DNA from: Tubulanus polymorphus | Taxonomy: Eukaryota; Animalia; Nemertea | DNA: 64,000 bases | Reading direction: 5' to 3' | NCBI RefSeq assembly: GCF_964204645.1 | Contig: NC_134026.1 | Coordinates: 20,432,150-20,496,149 of the forward strand | Translations under genes and position numbers: made by a program | Shown: positions 54,035 through 63,000 of the stretch, piece after piece | Position numbering within the stretch: the first letter of the stretch is position 1 | Layout: each line of letters starts with the position of its first letter | The notes under the pieces: generated by a model | The model's input: only the letters and a program-made list of their open reading frames with translations | What the model was told of the DNA's origin: nothing | Database searches by the model: none

Positions 54035-57000
54035 CTGAAGAAAAAAGAAAACGACGACAAAAATCATTTCCCCTTTGAAATCATAACAACTGGGAAGTCG
54101 AAACGACATATATAATGTTGTAGCGTGCAGTAGATTTACTCTGTATTAAGAGATTGGAATAGTCATTGTAGAATAACCACACTCAAACGTGAAGAACAGA
54201 TATCAACATAAAAACCCACTGTATATGGATTTAAAAGTTTTGAAATCAAGAATTTATTCAATCAAAAACACGACATCGTGCCATTTTGATTTTTGATCGA
54301 ATAAATTCATATATTTCAAAACTTTTAACTTTTATTTTTGAAACTTTTAAATCATTTTTAATGGGTTTTTATGTTATTGAAATAGTCGTTATTTGAGTTA
54401 TATTTGATTCAACTATTTCAGATTTCATTATATTACCTAATATTCTATAGAAACAATTTTTTTCTATCAATCGTTCTTGACGAAAAGTGATTTTGTCAAA
54501 AGCAACATTCGATTTACAACTTTGGGTGTTACTTTCTTCGAGAATCGATAGGATCTTGGGCCCGTTGCACGTGGAACGACCAAAAACTGCATTAGGCGTA
54601 ATAACACAATTTTGATAAAACTTCCAACAAAATGGGCTTCAGATCCTGCAGTTCCTGTGCGTATATTTACCTTGGTACTGCTGGTGGTGCTGTTTGAGTC
54701 GGAGACTAAAGAACCGCCGGATTTCCGTCGATAGCGTATGTAGAGAACCTTTTCGTAGTAAAGAAAAGAAAATATCATGTTCCAATGTACTTAGCCAAGC
54801 AAGACATATTCGACAGAAATACCTGATATATATAAGTTCAGCAAATTCACCAAAAAGTCAATGGATTTTCTATCATATTTACACGATTGGGTAATGATAT
54901 TCATTTTACGATAAACCCAATTCCAAGTTGAGTGTCTTTAGATATCATTATTGTACTGGCATATGTAATGACTTATTCTGCATTTTGGAACGATTCATCA
55001 TTTGAACATGTCTTTCGATACGCGTAAAATACTCACCAGGAAGACCAGGAACAAAACTCCGAACAGGCAAGTAGTTCCCAGCAGGATGCACGCGACAATC
55101 TTCTTCTTGTGGTATTTCCTCTTGTATCTATCTTCCGTGTCCTTGTCGTCATCCTCGTCGTCCTCGGCAAACGGTATCTTTTCCGCCGGTAGCGAATCGC
55201 CGTGTTGGTGTTCGAAGTATTCTTTATCTATGTTCAGCGCGGTATTGTCGACGTGCAGTTTCAATATTCCGGTTCGTAACTAACATAAACGAATATGCAA
55301 ACAAAAAAAAACGATATGATAGAAAAGTGTGTTCAGTAAACCTAAGCTAACTCAGACATGAATACTTAAACATTCGACTAATTCGGACAGAAATCATTAT
55401 CTGACTCCCTCAAATAGCTGTAGCTGCTCTTGAATACCAGCCTTATCGTATTTTCCGACATTCAAACTTCTGCCGGTAAGGTTTGTCCGAATTAACCGTA
55501 TTTTTCTCATCAGAATTAATTTTAGGAAATTGTACATATCATTCTGAATGATGAATTACTATGTTTCTTTGTTTTACAAAGTCAAAGAATGATAATGAAG
55601 CGAATGGACTATGTTTATTTGAATATATTCGAGGCGAGAACGTTCGAGGCAAGAATTCAGTTGAGATAAGAAAAGAATATCGACCAATTCCTACCGAATC
55701 TTCGAGCTTGTCGACTAATGACGGTATGTCCGGGTCATCTAGGTTCTTCAAATTCCTGATTAGGGTAAACGAAACGATGATGCTGCCTTTTTCGAACTGA
55801 AATCATATCAAAACACGACGCCGATGAAAAGATAATGGCGAAGACATAAGATCGAGCGACATTTCAGAAATAATGTTATTTGACAAATAAATTTGCTTGT
55901 AAATTTGTAGTGTAGAATCTAAGACTTTTGAAACCAATGGGCAAATAAGAGAAAAATGCTGCATTTGTGTGGAAATTAATATGTTAAATTCATGCAGATT
56001 TTAGCATGAAAATTTGCGCGTTACAGGATGTTTGTGTAATAAACTTGTGAATACACATAGAGCAACCGTGTCAGCTGGTGTCGCGTAGGGTGATATAACG
56101 GCCGAGTGCGATATCTAAAATGCTCGATCTGAAGAGAGTTCTTACTTTCAAATCTCGGATTTGGTGAGCAGCGACCTTGAGTATTCCCATGAGTTTCAAC
56201 ATCAATACCCTGCAAGTAACGAAAACGTTAAATACGACATGGCGAATATACACATTTTTCGAAGATGGATGCGATTTGATAATCTACTGTTTTAGGGCTT
56301 GTGTGCGATGCGGATGTCCGAAGAATTTGTCGTAGTTCTCTTTCAGTCTAAATCTGACCTTCGAACTACGGGTAAGATGCGGCCCTACAAATGACGTGAA
56401 ATAAATATATAGCTGAGAAACGACAAAGAAACAAACATATCTGCAAAACATATGGAGGCTTCGGGGACACTACGATTTTTATAATCTACCTGCGAAATAA
56501 AACTCATGAAATCAAATAGAAATTAGATTTTCTATAAAATTTTAATGCCAATTTTTAGAAATGCGTAGAAGGGTCCCTTTACTGATTCATGTTCCGGTGT
56601 ATATAAGCATAGGCCTAAGATTTCTGATTTGACCAAGTCGCTTGTCTTGCGGTATCTCCACAAATAGTTTTCTATGGAAAAATGCTGGCTAAATGCTTAA
56701 ACACTTACCACATCGTGGAACTTCGTCGAGAATGCTGGTCATTTGTTTGATGTCGCCTACTCTCTGTCCGCGATCGTTTACGCACCAACACCGCGTTCTG
56801 CAGCATTGCAAAGGCTTGAAAGAGCCGTCTTCGGCGCATTCAATTCTCCTGGGCAAATTCAATCGAAGCAACGTCGATTCGTCCTCGTCATCGACGTCCT
56901 CTTCGTCCAGTCTTTGTTTCATCAGGATATCGGCACGTATGTCTCGCATCGCCTGGCATCTCGTCTTCACTACAAATCAAAATTATTGAAGACGAATCTA

Positions 57001-60000
57001 CATAAACCGTCCCTAGTGTAATCATATCGTTAATTTTAGTTTACTTTAATGTATAAGAATGCGATACCTCATATTGCTAGTGAGCTGTGCATAGCTGGTA
57101 CTTCAATAGATTATCTCTCTTTTATCAAAGAACGTCGTATACATTACTCGTCACTTTAAGATATAGGACCCAGTTCCACAGTTGTGAGTTAGACTTAACT
57201 CTGAGTTAAAATTAGTTCATTTTCAATGAGTTAACTCAGGGTCAAATTCTAACTCCGAACTGTGGAACTGGACCTAGATGTCTAATGTGTTCATGATATT
57301 TTTACGTTTTGCCATGATGATATTCTTTATTATTCGTTTTTCTTTGTTCTTAAGTAACTCTTGCGGGTGATACATAACACAAGCATCAGCTTTCTTTGTG
57401 CCATCCTTGCTGGCTTGTTGTTACATTTCATTTCATATTTCCATCATTGTAAAATGTGACAACGCAAGCTTACATGTATATATCACATTATATGAATAAT
57501 GTAGAAAACAATTGCAGTAGAATGAAGTTATTTGATAATAAAAAAAGATAGCTGCGCAGTTGCTACTAAAGTTGAAAGATTGCCCTTACTCGTAAGACTG
57601 ATCTGGTTGAGTTAGGTTAGCTTTAAACATAGGACGTCTAAAACTGGTCTTAAATCGAAGCCACGACTGGTCCCGGGTAACTGGCAATAAAAAAACCTAC
57701 CGCAAACATCAGAAAGTGAATTGCTATTTCAGATCAAAAGAATCTCTAATCCATTTACGTACCTTTCACACATCTCGGAGTTTTAGTATCATCGAAAATG
57801 TCGATGACTTTGCGTTCACACGTGATCGGGTCGATGACACATGCTGCGGTTTTCGAGCCCAGACATTTGAAGTTATTGCATATCGTTTGGTCACATACTT
57901 TTATCATATGACCTTTACCTTCATCGCCGACTTTGCGGTCTGTTCCGCACGCAGAAAAGAAGAAAACGTTTTCATATTTGATATCATAATGATAAACTAA
58001 TAAACAGTTCCAATGGATATCGGTCTGTAATGTTAGCTATGTGTAATCTCCAAATGGAGACATTTTGATTTGAATTTCGATTAAGTCTTCAATTTTCTTG
58101 TATATAGTAGTCGAACGATTTTGAAAATCACTTTACGTACTTTTACATTTCACTTGGCAAGCGTGCTTTGATGGGAAATTGTTCTCCCAGCGATGTCTTC
58201 CCGGCTTGCAGCCTTCGTATTTGACGCATCTATTCTTCTTCGAATTGTACTTCCATCTTGGTGTCTTATCTTTGCATTTGTCCTTGGGTTCACGGTCACA
58301 CATTTCTAGTTGACGCGAAATAAGAGAGTTGATAAGAGGGACAAACGAAATATCAGAACCCTAAATACGTTTTAGAAAAACGTCGATGTACACACACTGG
58401 TTAAATTATATTGAAGTATCTATTACCCCGTTAAAGAAAGCATTAGTTCTAAGTTGTCTGCGTAATCTTGATCTAGTTGAAATTACATCAATTAAATAAT
58501 ATAAGATAAACACCCACCCTTCCCATCAGTTGCGAGGACAACCGAATATCCCTATATATCCCTATATATGTGGGTTTTACACTTTTTTATGTCTTAATTT
58601 CATTTGCCGTAAAAGCTGAGCAGCCGGTTGTAGAAAGCTCCATTACAAACTATTCACACCCACTGGAGTCAGGTGGGGGACTGATCAGTTTAGAAAATAG
58701 AATATTTGAAATAACAGGATACAGAAACATAATATAGAAATCTCCAAGCTCCGCTTTAATAGATGTTAAGACATCTTGCGGCCGAGGAGTATTCAAAACA
58801 TTAAATTTTCCTGTACAACATTTGCTTTAGGCACTACCCTAATTCTTAGTTGTTTGAGGTATCAAAGTTATAGATATAGAAAAAATAAAAAATTAATTAT
58901 TCGCACTTTATGAACTTTTTATGTAATTTTTGGATACAACCTTGGATCTTTTGATCTTTTTTGTAGATTTTTTTGTATACAAAGGTATAGATACAAGATT
59001 TTATTAATACATAGTATATTGCAGTCAAAAAGCAATGAAAGAGGAAAAAAAAGAAATACATACAAAATTTACAACAGCTTGATAGACATATGATATACAA
59101 TGAGAAACACTTTTAACGAGTCCATTATTCATGAAACTATTTTAAAGTAACTTACTTTTGCGACATTTTTCGTCGTCTAAATGTTCGCCCATTTTGTTGT
59201 ACCAGGTAACTTTACAGTTGTTGCATGGGTCAGCAATACATATAGAAAAGTCTGCCTTACACGTAGACTTGGCACATGCATCAATACACCGATGAGCTAG
59301 TTGACCGTTCGGACAAAGAGGTTTTTCAGTTTTGCAGTCTGTGAAAACGTGATGGAAATTTCAGACATTTGCAACCAATCTTCTAAATCAAATTATTAAG
59401 GAAATGCAGTAAAACATGGCTTGGATGATCGTGTATATTGGAAAATACAAAAAAAAAACTCAAAAATGAAGAGAACAAACAATAATAAAGTCAAACTAAA
59501 TGAGCGTTTGACGTTTACACCCAATTTTACGGGCCATTTTCAAAAACCCTTTTTTTAATATTGTGGGTTCTTTACTTCAAACTTCGATATATTTAGCGGA
59601 TTTTCGTTCATAACGATGATTAGTGGGAGATGGCTCGATAAGGGTTAACCATTGACTAATGACCCCTCTGTTGAAGTCTAAAATCTTATGTCGAAATATT
59701 CAATCATTCGATCGATAAAGAAAAAAAGAAAATCTACCTTTGCGTCCATTTTCATAAGTGCAAGAAGTTATCTTTTCCAAACTATCACGAATCATGGATC
59801 CATCAGATTTGACCTTCCAGCAGAGATTGCCGTGTCTTTGCATCGGCTTGTAGGCTCCCTTTTCATCGCACATCGGTGCGTAGTGTCCGAAAGCAAACAT
59901 CGATTCTGAAACATAAGCGGTGAATATAAAATGTAACGATGAATGATAAGTGCTTCGACTTTAACTATGAAGTCCATCGTATTTTCAATATTCATTTAAG

Positions 60001-63000
60001 TTTTGTCACGTTTTCTGTTACACGACGTCGAAGCTATCTATGAGTATTTTTCTCTCATTTGGCTATAGCACACCAAAAATACTTTAGTTCCGTATCAAAC
60101 TTACTTATAAAATTAATAATTCGAAACAACATGGATGAATGTAAAGTCGTTGCGAGTATGTATCATCTAGCAGTCGAATCGAGATAAAATCGTAATTCGG
60201 CCGTAAATACACGTACCATTTTTAATCCCGTCTATGTTTCAACTTACGTTCTTCCATTACTTTCATTTTCACGTCACTAAACAACGACTTGATCATAATT
60301 TTGGTCATCATCATTGGGTTTGGACAGCCATCTCCCTTCATGTAAGCTTTCTTCAGCATAGCCAGTGTTCTACAAGCGCTCGGTTTTTCCATATCATCGT
60401 CGTCTTCGATGTCATCATCATCCCCGTCGCTTCTTAGTCCATTCATCCATTCTTTCCATTCACGCATGCGCTCCATTTGTTCGCAACACATCAAGGCTTT
60501 GGTGATCATGCGTTCCGGATCCATCGGCTCCATCATATCCATCTTCATGCGTACTATATCTTTAATTGCGTCCATGCCATCCATTACTCGTCCCATCATT
60601 CCACCCATCATTCCACCCATCTTTCCACCCATCATTCCACCCATCATTCCACCCATCATTCCACCCATTTTTCCATCCATCTTTCCACCCATCCATGATC
60701 CTTTACCATCCGTTTCACCGTTTGAAGAACCTTTCTCATTCATGTCACCAATCGCTTTTAATTTCATTTGCAACATTTTTTCCATTCGCTTCAAAGCGTT
60801 ACTGCTCACATTTCTCTTCGACGCGCCAACAACCTGTTTAACAATCATCTTTATTGCCTCTGGGTCCATCTTTTCTGAGCTGCCCAAAACCTTTTTAATT
60901 CCCATCAAATCATGTTCACTCATGTTTGCCATCTTTTTAATTTGATTGATTAACATATTTACCAGCCGATTATTCGCGCTAGAAGTATCATTATCTGTGC
61001 TCCTTGTCCAGTTAACATCACTCTTACCACCCATACCCCAAATACCATTAACTGAGTTTGCCCATGAACCTCTCATTGGTGGTTTACCCATTGGGCCATG
61101 TCCACCCATTGGTGGTTTTCCCCACGGGCCATGCATTGGTGGTTTACCCATCGGGCCATGTCCACCCATTGGTGGTTTTCCCCAAGGGCCATGCATTGGT
61201 GGTTTACCCATTGGGCCATGTCCACCCATTGGTGGTTTTCCCCACGGTCCATGCATTGGTGGTTTACCCATCGGACCATGTCCACCCATCGGTGGTTTTC
61301 CCCAAGAGCCATGCATTGGCGGTTTTCCCCAAGAGCCACCCATGGAACCATGCATTCCACCCATTGGTGGTTTTCCCCAAGAGCTACCCATGGAACCATG
61401 CATTCCACCCATTGATGGTTTTCCCCAATGGCCACCCATTGGTTTTCCCCGAGAATGATAATCATCGTCTTTCATCATATATTTAATGATCATGTAGAAT
61501 AGCTTTGGCCCAATACCGTCTGTCATATCGCTTATCATGTGGTGTGCCATCAACATTTGTGGCATGAGTTTCATCATCATTCCGTGCATATCTTTCTTCA
61601 ACCCCATCATCTTTTCTTTTTTGTCTTTTTCCGATATGTCGTCGCTATCACTTTCTTCCGCAAACATTCCTTTTCGAGCACCAAATGTTTTGCTAAACGT
61701 CTCTTTCACGTGTTTCCGTCCTGGAAAATAACGTCACAACTGGTTGACGACATCTGTTACTACAGAGTTACAATTAACCAAATATGATGTATGTTTGAAA
61801 ATGCACCGAGACTATATTTGACTCACCCGACTTCATCATATCCATCATTTGCTTTTTCTTATTGATCATGTATTTTACCATCATCATTATTTTAGGTTTG
61901 CTGAACAACTTTTCAACTGGTTCCTTGAGACCGGCCCACGCTTCCCTTTGGCATGGTGTCATGTCTACAGAAACAAAATTCAAAGATGGATGTGGAGTTC
62001 TATCGATTTTTGTCAATTAATGTTATTTGAATATTTACCATTATAGCAATCGTTAACCTTGGTGTTGTTAGGAAGGAAATATTCAGCAGAACAGTCATTG
62101 CATGGATTGACTCTGCACACTGCTGTTGGGTGCTTCTTGCATTTCATCGAGCAAAGACTGGGGCAACAATTGTGGACGGTTTCGTCGACTTTGCAGACTA
62201 ATTTTCATAAATGAAATGTTGCAGTAGAAAATAAAAATATTTTGAAATGAGAAAATTTTTTGGGAAAGCATTTATCAAAGGATCATTATAAAGGCATCTA
62301 ATTACCTGGTTCGTCTGGTTCAGTTACGTCTTGAAATACAAATTGAACCATAGGATATTATAATCATTACGGTACGAACAAAATGAAACGACTCGAAATC
62401 TCATAATTCAAAATTTCCTACGGTTTTACCTGTATTTGAACAGTCTGGAATTCCCCGAACGATCGCCGTGTTTTCGATGCGTTTACCATCCTTGCGGTCT
62501 ACACACCAACAAAGCCCGTAGGCAGGCTGACATTGGACGCGTTGGAAATAGCCAGTCATGGTACATCTTTCGAGGTGGGTAAAAAGAAACGACATTCAGA
62601 CAATTTCCACGAAAAATAAGACGTTTATGCACGAAATGATGAACATATCAATCACTCTCTAATAGTGGTTTCCTTTTTGTTTTTGTGTGTATTCGATATC
62701 TAGTTGGGTTAAGTATGGTCTTCAGATAAAAAAAAATGAGTTGTGTGATTGAAATCATTATGAATAAACACGAAACTCCCTTATCACGCTTATCAACCAA
62801 CCACAAAACATGAACTATACCTTGGAAGAAAATCAGGACGTTCGGGTGAAGCGAGCATTCCCTTCAGTGCCATTTTCATAGCGTAAATACATGGCTTGTG
62901 CATCCATCTCATCATCATCATTTTTTTCATTATCATCCTCCTCTTCATGATTTTCATTTTCATGTAAGCCACGTGTTTGAACATCATCATTTTCATGAAC

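Noticed and set aside
61061-61447. PW-GK / PM-GK repeats as a neuropeptide (Wamide) precursor
   Set aside because: Every Gly-Lys is followed by Pro, which blocks convertase cleavage; there are no dibasic sites, and the exon sits inside a membrane protein.
60234-61787. Long plus-strand and alternate-frame ORFs (PPIIPP, STHH, HWWF repeats)
   Set aside because: Shadows of the repetitive minus-strand exon; no independent splice or start context.
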